Shown in pieces: positions 1 to 8,734 of a DNA stretch of 64,000 nucleotides. How positions within the stretch are numbered: position 1 is the first letter of the stretch; every line of letters begins with the position of its first letter. Source of the stretch: Candidatus Latescibacterota bacterium (lineage in GTDB: Bacteria > Latescibacterota > UBA2968 > GCA-2709665); NCBI GenBank assembly GCA_965208835.1, contig OZ242358.1, positions 4,736,001 to 4,800,000 on the forward strand, read 5' to 3'. Under the pieces are notes generated by a model, which saw only the letters and a program-made list of their open reading frames with translations, searched no databases and had not been told where the DNA came from. A program made the translations under genes and the position numbers.

Positions 1-371
1 GCGTAGTCGAACGCAAATTTGGAGGAGGCCTCCATTCCGACGTTGGGAATCACGCGCAGGTCCACAATCCCCCTGCGGTGCATTTCCTCGAACAGTTCAC
101 GTTCGGGGTCGTTTTCGTTGATCAGCATCGTGTGGTCGAACATGTGATCCAGCCAGGCCTTCAGGTCCTTGAGCTTTCCGAAATCCACCACAAAGTGATT
201 CTCATCCAGTTCGTCGCACGTAAAATGGAACGTAATATCCCGGTTGTAACCGTGGATAAACTGACAGTGCCCGTCGTGATGCGCCTGTCGGTGCGAACAC
301 GGCAGATTGTGAAATGTCTTGGTGGACGAAAACCGTCCTTTTCCCCTGGTCATAGCCGCGTCTTTCTGCAT
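1..371 (-). CDS. queD: 6-pyruvoyl-tetrahydropterin synthase / 6-carboxytetrahydropterin synthase (QueD-like), 3' end outside the window
   Basis: Not in the ORF track. Manual minus-strand translation gives MQKDAAMTRGKGRFSSTKTFHNLPCSHRQAHHDGHCQFIHGYNR...VVDFGKLKDLKAWLDHMFDHTMLIN, with the PTPS CxxxHG and DF..LK..FDH motifs. Start is 371 or 353. Confidence 0.8.
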   Translation of the reverse strand, partial: MQKDAAMTRGKGRFSSTKTFHNLPCSHRQAHHDGHCQFIHGYNRDITFHFTCDELDENHFVVDFGKLKDLKAWLDHMFDHTMLINENDPERELFEEMHRRGIVDLRVIPNVGMEASSKFAFDY

Positions 372-395
372 AGTCAAGTTCAGACAGCTCCATAG

Positions 396-423
396 AAAAT
401 ACTCAATCCACTCTCTCTGTCAA
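396..423 (-). promoter_or_regulatory. sigma70-type promoter for queD
   Basis: TTGACA-N16-TATTTT on the minus strand just upstream of the start. Confidence 0.5.
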
Positions 424-458
424 GATTTCAGCATCGGACAGACACGAGGAGCGCGCAG

Positions 459-1295
459 ATGATCATCGACACCCACACCCATTTCTACGATCCCTACCGC
501 CCGGACGGAGTGCCCTGGCCGCCTCAGGACAACACGCTGCTCTATCGCCGTGTGCTTCCTGAAGACTATAAAGCCGTCGCCGTTTCCGAGGGAGTGACCG
601 GTACTGTGGTCGTGGAAGCCAGTGAATGGGTTGAAGACAACCGCTGGATCCTCGATCTGGCTGCAACGGAGGCCTTCATTGTCGGCTTCGTCGGCAATCT
701 TGACCCGGAATCGGACGACTTTGAGAAACACCTCGCGAGCCTGGCTGGAAATCCCCTCTTCCGGGGTATCCGCCTTCACAGGAACGAGGTTCAATCCGTC
801 AGCGACTCGCTGTTTTCCAGGCTCGAGTCGCTCGCGAGGAACGACCTGTCGCTCGACCTTCTCATCGACGTCGAGCAACTGCACTCCGCCGTCCGAATTG
901 CCGAGAGGCTGCCGGACTTGCGCATCGTACTCAATCACGTAATCCATGTACCCATTGACGGCAAGACGCCGGACCCCGAATGGATCGACGGCCTGCACAA
1001 GGTCTCACGGTACCCGAACATCTTCTGCAAGGTGTCCGGCCTGGTTGAAACCGCCCGGGAGAAACCTGCGCCGCCCGAGTTGATCTACTACGCGCCTACC
1101 CTGGACCACCTTTGGGAAATACTCGGCGTGGACAGGCTCATTTACGCCAGCAACTGGCCCGTATGCGAACACGGCGCAGATTACAAAACTGTACAGCGCA
1201 TCCCTATGGAGTACTTCAAGGCCATAGGAGAAGAGGCCGTCGAGAAGGTATTCTGGAAGAACGCAAAAGCGGCCTACAAGTGGCCCGATCAGTGA
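459..1295 (+). CDS. amidohydrolase_2 family protein (L-fuconolactonase-like)
   Basis: IIDTHTHF metal motif, FRGIR, VLNH, CKVSGL, ASNWPV. Confidence 0.85.
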   Translation: MIIDTHTHFYDPYRPDGVPWPPQDNTLLYRRVLPEDYKAVAVSEGVTGTVVVEASEWVEDNRWILDLAATEAFIVGFVGNLDPESDDFEKHLASLAGNPLFRGIRLHRNEVQSVSDSLFSRLESLARNDLSLDLLIDVEQLHSAVRIAERLPDLRIVLNHVIHVPIDGKTPDPEWIDGLHKVSRYPNIFCKVSGLVETAREKPAPPELIYYAPTLDHLWEILGVDRLIYASNWPVCEHGADYKTVQRIPMEYFKAIGEEAVEKVFWKNAKAAYKWPDQ

Positions 1296-1400
1296 GCATT
1301 AGAAACCGCGAGCCAATGGAAGCGCGCCGCTCTGACGGCCTCGCCAGATGGAGAACGCCGTCCGGGCGTCAATCCCTTCCCGCCGGTCCGCGGTCTGCGG

Positions 1401-1757
1401 TTATTGCCGCAGAGTGAGCATGGGCCCGAGCGGCCGTCCGCCGAGCAGGTGCATATGCAGATGGTAGACCTCCTGGCCCCCGTGTTTCCCGCAGTTCACG
1501 ATCAACCGGTACCCGTCTCCGGAAAGCCCTTCCTGTTCCGCGAGCCGGGCCGCCACGGTAAACAGACGGCCGAGCGCGGCCTCGTCTTCGCACGATACAT
1601 CACTGGCAGTTTGAATCACCTTATTGGGGACGATTAGAATGTGAGTCGGCGCCTGCGGGTTGATGTCTCGAAACGCCGTGACCAGTTCATCCTGGTAGGT
1701 CATTTCCGAAGGTATCTCCTTCCGGATAATCTTGCTGAAGATCGTCTCTTCCGCCAT
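1401..1757 (-). CDS. hinT: HIT family purine nucleoside phosphoramidase
   Basis: [32 protein letters not shown] triad; start placed at the ATG after an AAAGGAG RBS. Confidence 0.92.
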   Translation of the reverse strand: MAEETIFSKIIRKEIPSEMTYQDELVTAFRDINPQAPTHILIVPNKVIQTASDVSCEDEAALGRLFTVAARLAEQEGLSGDGYRLIVNCGKHGGQEVYHLHMHLLGGRPLGPMLTLRQ

Positions 1758-1815
1758 GAATTCTCCTTTCGGTGATTGCTCCATTTTGCTATCTTTTGTT
1801 GCCAATATGGGCTAA

Positions 1816-1977
1816 GAAGCTGTTTTAAAATTCCCAGCGGTCTTCGCGCGGCTGCAAAAGCACCGGTCGGCGTTGGTCAAACCCACCCGTATAGACAAAT
1901 ATGGGCGGATTTGCCCGCCTTGACCGCCACTTTTTCGCTCGCGCTCGGGAACTCACCGGTAATTTTAAAACAGCTTC
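1816..1977. mobile_element. MITE family A, copy 1 (162 bp)
   Basis: Perfect 17-bp TIR GAAGCTGTTTTAAAATT, flanked by TAA on both sides (1813-1815, 1978-1980); homologous to 36224-36432. Confidence 0.85.
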
Positions 1978-2043
1978 TAAAAAACATCTCGTCATTCGCA
2001 AATATAACCAACTCCCGACTCTTGCCCGAAAGTTCGCCGAAAC

Positions 2044-2307
2044 ATGCTTTCTGCCGTCGACCGCATTCTGACCGGTTTAACGATTGTCCTCCTCCGGTTC
2101 TACCGATTGCTTGTCTCGCCTTTTTTTCAGGTCGTTTTCGGTCCCGGCAGCGGGTGCCGGTTTCATCCCACGTGCTCCCGGTACGCCCGTGACTGCTTTC
2201 GGCAACATTCCTTTCCGGTCGCCCTGTTTCTATCGGTCTCACGAATTCTCAAATGTCATCCCTACCATCCCGGCGGATATGATCCCGCCCCGCCGAAAAG
2301 TCCATAG
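2044..2307 (+). CDS. yidD: membrane protein insertion efficiency factor YidD
   Basis: CRFHPTCSRY...RILKCHPYHPGGYDP. Confidence 0.9.
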   Translation: MLSAVDRILTGLTIVLLRFYRLLVSPFFQVVFGPGSGCRFHPTCSRYARDCFRQHSFPVALFLSVSRILKCHPYHPGGYDPAPPKSP

Positions 2308-2318
2308 ACCGGTTTCTT

Positions 2319-3128
2319 ATGTTCGGAATCGCCCAGATCCATTGGAGTGCGGATCCCGAAATCTTCCGCATCGGACCGGTTGTCCTGCGCTGGTACAGCT
2401 TGTGTTTTCTGGTCACTTTCGTCCTCGGCTTCTTCATTGTGCGCCGTATGTTCCGGCTCGAAGAGAAGTCTGCAAAGGACCTGGACAGCCTGGTGAACCA
2501 TATGGTTCTCGGCACCCTCATTGGCGCGCGGCTGGGACACTGCCTGTTTTACGATCCCGTATTCTACCTGACAAACCCCATTGAGATCTTCAAGATCTGG
2601 CGAGGAGGCCTTGCCAGCCACGGCGCGGCCATCGGCATCTTTGCTGCGCTTTATCTGTACGCCCGAAACCGGCCGGATCAGTCGTACCTCTGGATCCTCG
2701 ACCGCATTGTCGTTACGGTTGCCCTGGGCGGGTTCTTCATCCGTATTGGTAACTTCTTCAATTCCGAAATATACGGCACCGCGACCACTCTGCCCTGGGC
2801 GATCGTCTTTTCGCACGTGGATGCCGTCCCAAGGCATCCGGCGCAACTCTACGAATCCTTCGCCTACGGGCTGATCTTCCTCCTCCTTTATGCCGCGTAC
2901 TCAAGACAACGGGCCCGGACACCGCCGGGATTGCTTCTCGGCCTGTTCCTCGTATCGGTATTCTCATTCCGGGTGGTCGTCGAATTCGTCAAAGTCCGCC
3001 AGGCCGCTTACGGCCACGGCTTCCCCCTCAGTGTTGGACAATGGCTCAGCGTCCCACTCATCATCCTGGGCATCGTCCTGCTCGTATACGCACTAAGAAA
3101 AAGTCGCTCGACGGCCTCGACGCAGTAG
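2319..3128 (+). CDS. lgt: prolipoprotein diacylglyceryl transferase
   Basis: LRWY, GARLGH, GGLASHG, RIGNFFNSEIYG, RHPAQLYE. Confidence 0.95.
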   Translation: MFGIAQIHWSADPEIFRIGPVVLRWYSLCFLVTFVLGFFIVRRMFRLEEKSAKDLDSLVNHMVLGTLIGARLGHCLFYDPVFYLTNPIEIFKIWRGGLASHGAAIGIFAALYLYARNRPDQSYLWILDRIVVTVALGGFFIRIGNFFNSEIYGTATTLPWAIVFSHVDAVPRHPAQLYESFAYGLIFLLLYAAYSRQRARTPPGLLLGLFLVSVFSFRVVVEFVKVRQAAYGHGFPLSVGQWLSVPLIILGIVLLVYALRKSRSTASTQ

Positions 3129-3182
3129 GCACGGAGAGGGAAAAACGGCCGTTCCGAAACCCACACAGAAAGGCGGGACTCC

Positions 3183-3938
3183 ATGAACTCCTATACAGCC
3201 ATTGCCGGCGCACTGCAGAAATCACTCAGCCTTGCCCTGCCTCCCATTGCCGTCAGCATATCGAACGAAGTGCCCGAGGGCGTACCCGAATACGACGGTC
3301 GGGCGCCCGCCGGCTGTCTGTTCTGGCAGGAGGCAGTAAAGGGTCCCTTTGCCACCCGGACCTCCCACCACGAACTGTGCGCCATCGGCGTGTACACGCA
3401 CAATATGGCCAACCCTCCTGCTTCGTACGAAGCCGAGTTGGGCGACGTCCTGAAGACCATGTCCGGAATGGATTACGTTCGTGAACAGGACGTCCAGGAG
3501 ATCCCGGTGCTGGAAAACGAAACGAAGCATGTAATTTACGCCCCGCTGGACAAAACGCCACTCGAACCGACCGTGGTACTGCTCTTCGCGCATTCCGGGC
3601 AGAGCCTGATCATTACCGAAGCCGTCCAGCAGGTGGAACCCGCCGTTCCGCCCGCAATGGGAAGACCGGCGTGCGCCGTGGTTCCCCATGCCGTCAAGAG
3701 CGGACGGGCTGCTCTCAGCCTGGGCTGCTGCGGCGCGCGGGCATACCTGGATACCCTTTCGGACGACGTCGCCCTATGGGCACTGCCTGGTGACAAGGTG
3801 AACCTGTACGCAGCACGCATCGACATCCTCGCCAGGTCCAACGCCGTCCTGGGCGAATTCCATTCCCTGCGTCGAAAGGACATCGAAGCCGGTCTTCAAC
3901 CTACGGTTATGGAGTCTCTCTCAAGGCTGGAGAACTGA
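3183..3938 (+). CDS. DUF169 family protein
   Basis: L..PPIAV N-terminus, Cys motifs AGC, C.IG, RPAC, SLGCCGAR. Confidence 0.7.
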   Translation: MNSYTAIAGALQKSLSLALPPIAVSISNEVPEGVPEYDGRAPAGCLFWQEAVKGPFATRTSHHELCAIGVYTHNMANPPASYEAELGDVLKTMSGMDYVREQDVQEIPVLENETKHVIYAPLDKTPLEPTVVLLFAHSGQSLIITEAVQQVEPAVPPAMGRPACAVVPHAVKSGRAALSLGCCGARAYLDTLSDDVALWALPGDKVNLYAARIDILARSNAVLGEFHSLRRKDIEAGLQPTVMESLSRLEN

Positions 3939-3976
3939 CTCCGCACCATCAATTTCACGGCGCGCACGTCTTTCGC

Positions 3977-4004
3977 TTGAAACAGCACCGATGCGTGGTA
4001 TATT
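3977..4004 (+). promoter_or_regulatory. sigma70-type promoter with extended -10
   Basis: TTGAAA-N16-TATATT with TG at the extended -10 position. Confidence 0.5.
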
Positions 4005-4058
4005 GAGAAAACGCGCGGCCATTTGCAGACTCATTTTCACGTCAGACGGAATCTCCCG

Positions 4059-4781
4059 ATGCATTCTACTTCCAAAGAACAAAACCTGGATCTGCGTGAA
4101 AAGGGCAAATCCATCAATGGACAGATACAGGCCAGCAACCGGCGGCTGTTTATGCAGTTGCACGTCTTCGAAAACTGTACTCGCACGGACACCCTTGCGG
4201 ACGCACTCGCTGAATCCGGGGTCGACGCCGTCCTTTACGTGGACGTGAACAATCCATCCGGCGTCGGGGTTCTCACACTGTCCGAATCTCCAGACGCGTT
4301 CGTGGGGGAAATCCGCTCATTGATGAACACCCGTTCCTTCGCTGAACTCCATCGAAATCCTGACCTTACCATGTTCGGGAGAACCTACGCCCACGGGTAC
4401 GAACCCGATCTTGAAGAAACGCTGCTGCGAAAGCCGCGCCGCAAGGTCCTGAACCCGGACTGGCCCTGGGCCGTGTGGTATCCGTTGCGGCGCAAGCCTG
4501 AGTTCGGGCTGCTAAGTGGTGAGGATCTACGCGGGATTCTGGGTGAACACGCCAGAATCGGGAGGGCCTACGCCGAGGCCGGTTTTGCACAGGACATCCG
4601 CCTGGCCTGTTATGGCCTGGACCGCAGCGACAACGACTTCGTCATCGGCCTGCTCGGCCCCGAGCTGCATCCTCTCTCACACGTTGTGCAGGAAATGCGA
4701 AAGACCCGGCAGACGGCGCAGTACGTACAATCTCTGGGACCGTTTTTCGTTGGTAAAGCCATCTGGCAAACGCCGCTATGA
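4059..4781 (+). CDS. chlorite dismutase / HemQ-like heme-binding protein
   Basis: WYPLRR, proximal EH..IG, GLD..DF, EMR, GPFFVG C-terminus typical of the Cld/HemQ fold. Confidence 0.75.
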   Translation: MHSTSKEQNLDLREKGKSINGQIQASNRRLFMQLHVFENCTRTDTLADALAESGVDAVLYVDVNNPSGVGVLTLSESPDAFVGEIRSLMNTRSFAELHRNPDLTMFGRTYAHGYEPDLEETLLRKPRRKVLNPDWPWAVWYPLRRKPEFGLLSGEDLRGILGEHARIGRAYAEAGFAQDIRLACYGLDRSDNDFVIGLLGPELHPLSHVVQEMRKTRQTAQYVQSLGPFFVGKAIWQTPL

Positions 4782-4829
4782 AACCGGAAACGAGAAACAA
4801 CGAGTTAACCTGACCCACGGCAGGCTGAC

Positions 4830-6083
4830 ATGATTCGCAAGATTGAAGCCCTCCGCTACGGCTGTCTGCGCTACATCAGCCGACCGCTGGATGCGTTCCA
4901 CATTCTGGTTGGACCCAATGCGAGCGGAAAAACGACCCTTCTTGACGCTATCGCTTTCCTCGGCGACCTCGTTTCCAATGGTTTGGAGGAGGCCGTGGGT
5001 AGACGCGCCGCGGACCTGCGTGATCTTGTCTGGCGTCGCACGTTCGACCCTCTCGAAGTCGCCATCGAACTGAGCATACCATCGCAGAAGGCTGACCTCT
5101 TCGAAAACCGCCAATACGTTCGATGCCGGTACGAAGTTACCATCGGGACGACACCCGATACCGATGAGACCGCCATCCTCGCCGAACGTGTTCTGCTTCT
5201 TCCGAACGACTCACGGAGCGATCCTGAGTGCGAACAGCAGACGCTCTTCCCCATGGACCGCCCCATGCCGGACACGCTCGCCCTGCCCCGTCTGAGAGGC
5301 GCCAGGACCATCGTACACAAGGTTCACGGGAGCAACGACAACTTCTACTACGAAACCGGCACGGGATGGGACCACTCTTTCAGGCTGGGTCCCCGGCGGT
5401 CCGCTCTGGCCAATCTGCCCGAAGATGAAACCCGATATCCGGTAGCAACCTGGCTGAAAGGCGTACTAAACAAAGGAATCCAGCGCCTGGTACTGAACAG
5501 CGCCAGCATGCGTCGTCCCAGCCCGCCCGGTCGTCCCGCCGCGTTTCAGCCAGACGGTTCCAATCTTCCCTGGGTCGTCTCCTCACTGCAGTCCAATGCG
5601 CCCGACCGATTCGCGGCCTGGGTCACATCCCTGCAATCTGTCCTGCCCGACCTGAAATCCATCCGCACAGTCGAACGCAGCGAGGATCGTCACTGTTATC
5701 TGATTTTCCAGGATCGAAACGGACTGGAAGCGCCCTCCTGGACAATTTCAGACGGCACCCTCCGCCTTATGGCGCTTACTCTCCCTGCATACCTGTCTGA
5801 TTTCGGAGGCGTGTATCTCGTTGAGGAACCCGAAAACGGGATCCATCCCCGGGCCGTGGAGACGGTTTTTCTGGCGCTCTCATCCATTGAAGATGTGCAG
5901 ATCCTCCTGACCACCCACTCACCCATTATTGTGAGCCTGGCGGAAGGCAACCAGGTCATCTGTTTTTCCAGGACCGAATCCGGCGCCACCGACATGGTCC
6001 TCAGCACGGAGAACCCCGCGCTTCGCGAATGGCAGGGCGAAACCGATCTGGGTTCGCTGTTTGCCGACGGCGTGTTGGGTTAG
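4830..6083 (+). CDS. AAA_21/ABC-type ATPase of the kind found in defence and toxin systems
   Basis: Walker A GPNASGKT, signature ISDGT, Walker B VEEPENGIHP, TTHSP. Confidence 0.8.
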   Translation: MIRKIEALRYGCLRYISRPLDAFHILVGPNASGKTTLLDAIAFLGDLVSNGLEEAVGRRAADLRDLVWRRTFDPLEVAIELSIPSQKADLFENRQYVRCRYEVTIGTTPDTDETAILAERVLLLPNDSRSDPECEQQTLFPMDRPMPDTLALPRLRGARTIVHKVHGSNDNFYYETGTGWDHSFRLGPRRSALANLPEDETRYPVATWLKGVLNKGIQRLVLNSASMRRPSPPGRPAAFQPDGSNLPWVVSSLQSNAPDRFAAWVTSLQSVLPDLKSIRTVERSEDRHCYLIFQDRNGLEAPSWTISDGTLRLMALTLPAYLSDFGGVYLVEEPENGIHPRAVETVFLALSSIEDVQILLTTHSPIIVSLAEGNQVICFSRTESGATDMVLSTENPALREWQGETDLGSLFADGVLG

Positions 6084-6146
6084 AGAACCTGACGCTCCCC
6101 TGCTCGAGATTTCGAGGAATACCGTGGACTTTCAAGGACATGCGCC

Positions 6147-7316
6147 ATGGCTGAACTCGCCCTGAAATACGGCTGCAACCCGCACCAGATATCCGCAAGA
6201 ATACTCAACCCGCACGGGCCGCTTCCCTTCAACGTCCTGAACGGAGCACCCGGCTATATAAACCTGCTCGACGCGCTAAATTCCTGGCAACTGGTGAAGG
6301 AACTGAGGGAGGCGCTGGATACACCCGCCGCCGCCTCCTTCAAACACCTCAGTCCCGCTGGAGCCGCGGTTGCCGAGCCTTTGAACGACGACCTGAAAAA
6401 AGCGTATTTTGTCCAGGACATGGACCTTTCGCCCCTGGCCGTGGCGTACGCCCGCGCCCGGGGGGCCGACCGGCTTTCTTCGTATGGCGATTGGGCGGCC
6501 CTGAGCGACACGGTTGACGTCGCCACGGCCAGACTCCTTCGCCGCGAGGTGTCCGACGGTGTTATTGCGCCGGGATATCGTCCTGAAGCCCTGGAAATAT
6601 TAAAACAGAAAAAAGGGGGCGCCTACCCGGTCCTTCAAATCGATCCGGATTACATGCCCCGGGATACGGAACGACGGGAGGTATTCGGACTCACCTTTGA
6701 ACAGCAATCCAACGACCTGATCGCTGGTCCGGAGATCCTGAAAAACGTGGTTACACGGCGAAAGGAAGTCTCCGCGGAAAAGGCTCGAGATATGCTGGTG
6801 GCCACAATAACGCTCAAGTTCACCCAGTCAAACTCCATCTGCTTCGCATTGCAGGGCCAGGCCATCGGCGTGGGCGCGGGCCAGCAAAACCGCCTTGCGT
6901 GTACGGACATTGCAGCCGGTAAAGCCGAAGCCTGGTTTCTGCGCCAGCACCCTGCGGTATTGGGTCTGGAATTCAGAAAGGGCGCGAGGCGGCCCGAAAA
7001 GATAAACGCCATCGAACTCTATCTCAGAGGAAACATGACTTCCGAAGAGCAGAGCGCGTGGCGCGTTTCATTCCGCAAAGCACCGCCGCCCTTCGGTGAA
7101 GCGACCAGACGGGAATGGCTGCGGCGTCTGGAGGGTGTGACGCTGGGCTCCGACGCGTACATCCCCTTCCGCGACAACATCGACCGCGCCGCCCGTACCG
7201 GCGTGGAGTACGTTATCCAGACGGGCGGCTCCGTACAGGACGATGCAGTGACCGCGGCCGCCGATGAATACGGCATGGTTATGGTCAATACCGGGATCAG
7301 GCTCTTTCATCACTAG
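6147..7316 (+). CDS. stand-alone AICAR transformylase (PurH C-terminal type, no IMP cyclohydrolase domain)
   Basis: LKYGCNPHQ, SFKH, TQSNS, GAGQQ.R, SDAYIPFRDN, RLFHH. Confidence 0.88.
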   Translation: MAELALKYGCNPHQISARILNPHGPLPFNVLNGAPGYINLLDALNSWQLVKELREALDTPAAASFKHLSPAGAAVAEPLNDDLKKAYFVQDMDLSPLAVAYARARGADRLSSYGDWAALSDTVDVATARLLRREVSDGVIAPGYRPEALEILKQKKGGAYPVLQIDPDYMPRDTERREVFGLTFEQQSNDLIAGPEILKNVVTRRKEVSAEKARDMLVATITLKFTQSNSICFALQGQAIGVGAGQQNRLACTDIAAGKAEAWFLRQHPAVLGLEFRKGARRPEKINAIELYLRGNMTSEEQSAWRVSFRKAPPPFGEATRREWLRRLEGVTLGSDAYIPFRDNIDRAARTGVEYVIQTGGSVQDDAVTAAADEYGMVMVNTGIRLFHH

Positions 7317-7337
7317 GTCGGTGAAAAGCAGCAAAAA

Positions 7338-7365
7338 CAGCTCTCAGCTCTCAGCCATCAGCTTG
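7338..7365. repeat. short heptamer tandem repeat (CAGCTCT-like x4)
   Basis: CAGCTCT CAGCTCT CAGCCAT CAGCTTG. Confidence 0.55.
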
Positions 7366-7586
7366 AATCAAAAACGAAAGACAAACAACAAAGAGCAGCA
7401 GGCGGAACTACAGCGAATCCATCGAATTGACCTGCCGGAAATTCCTTTCGCCCGTTCGGTTGTAAGGATGGGGCCGTTGTTCGCGGAGAACTGTATCTTT
7501 TTCCCGGCGCCGAACGGGAACCAGGCGATCCGAAGACAACATTGTCGTATATCTTCGAATTGTCGCAAAACGCGACGAATTTTCCG

Positions 7587-7615
7587 TTGACGGCCGCGCA
7601 AACGGGCGTTATATT
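7587..7615 (+). promoter_or_regulatory. sigma70-type promoter of the sigma factor gene
   Basis: TTGACG-N17-TATATT, about 210 nt upstream of the CDS. Confidence 0.65.
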
Positions 7616-7828
7616 GGTCGTCCGGCGCAGTTCGTTTTCCGGTAGTCTAGGCGACTGTTGCGCGGAGTTTTGTCTTTGAATACAATCGACATGTGTTAGA
7701 GTCGATCAGATTCGGTTCCACGATGCGGCGCCAGACGCCGCCGATGCAGAGTGAACATCAACAAGGCTTCCAGTTGAATGAACGGGTGTACCTGAGGCAT
7801 ACACCGTCGCATATGGGGATTATTGCAC

Positions 7829-8656
7829 ATGAATGTTAAGTCTTCGGACGGCAACGCAGACATCTATCTGCGGGATATCAGAAAATTCACGCCGCTGAGC
7901 AAAGAAGACGAAAGGGACGTGATTGCGCACGCTCAGAAGGGTAACCGTCGAGCCCTCGACCGTCTAATTACCGCCAACTTGAGATTTGTGGTCCGAATCG
8001 CCCGGGAGTACAGCGGACGGGGACTGCCCCTGTCAGACCTGATTGCCGAGGGCAATCTGGGCCTGATCCGAGCCACACGGACATTCGATCTTGCACGTGG
8101 GCACAAATTCATCACTTACGCGGTCTGGTGGATCCGTCAGGCCATCCTGTCTGCGCTTAATCGGTGTGTACACCCGGTTGTGTTCCCTGTGAATCAAATC
8201 GACGACCTCGACGTCATCAACAGGGCCAAAAACGCCCTTTCGCAATCGCTGGGCCGGATTCCCGATCTGGGTGAACTGGTTGAGAAAACCGGCATGCCCC
8301 TCAGAAGGCTGCGCCGTGCCCTCGAAGCCAACCGAACGACCGTGTCGCTCGACAGCCCCACGCACGACGGTTCCTCGGGAGTATACGCCGATACGCTACC
8401 CGCGCAGGAGTCCCGCCCGGACGAGCAGTTTGAAGATGCCCGGATCAAAAAGCTGTTGAGAGAATGCCTGAACCGGTTGCCCCAGCGCGAGGCGAGAATA
8501 TTGAGTCTGTATTTCGGCCTTGACTCGGATAAGCCGGAGCCTCTCGAACGAATTGGCAAACGCCTGCAGATCAGCAGGGAGCGGGTTCGGCAACTCAAAG
8601 ACAGAGCGCTCAGCAGACTCCGGCTCAATTTTGTGCAGGAAAACATGATCTCGTAG
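7829..8656 (+). CDS. sigma70 family factor (RpoD/RpoS-like, no region 1.1)
   Basis: YLRDI, ANLRFVV, DLIAEGNLGL, KFITYAVWWIRQAI, ISRERVRQ. Confidence 0.9.
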   Translation: MNVKSSDGNADIYLRDIRKFTPLSKEDERDVIAHAQKGNRRALDRLITANLRFVVRIAREYSGRGLPLSDLIAEGNLGLIRATRTFDLARGHKFITYAVWWIRQAILSALNRCVHPVVFPVNQIDDLDVINRAKNALSQSLGRIPDLGELVEKTGMPLRRLRRALEANRTTVSLDSPTHDGSSGVYADTLPAQESRPDEQFEDARIKKLLRECLNRLPQREARILSLYFGLDSDKPEPLERIGKRLQISRERVRQLKDRALSRLRLNFVQENMIS

Positions 8657-8675
8657 ACAAGGATATGCGGCGCAC

Positions 8676-8718
8676 ACAAATAAAGCGGGCGGCCAGCATG
8701 GCCGCCCGCTTTATTTGT
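8676..8718. terminator. bidirectional intrinsic terminator
   Basis: ACAAATAAAGCGGGCGGCCA-GCA-TGGCCGCCCGCTTTATTTGT between convergent genes. Confidence 0.85.
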
Positions 8719-8734
8719 TACACGTGGTATTCGC

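Noticed and set aside
78-395. 105-aa plus-strand ORF
   Set aside because: Antisense shadow of the queD-like gene.
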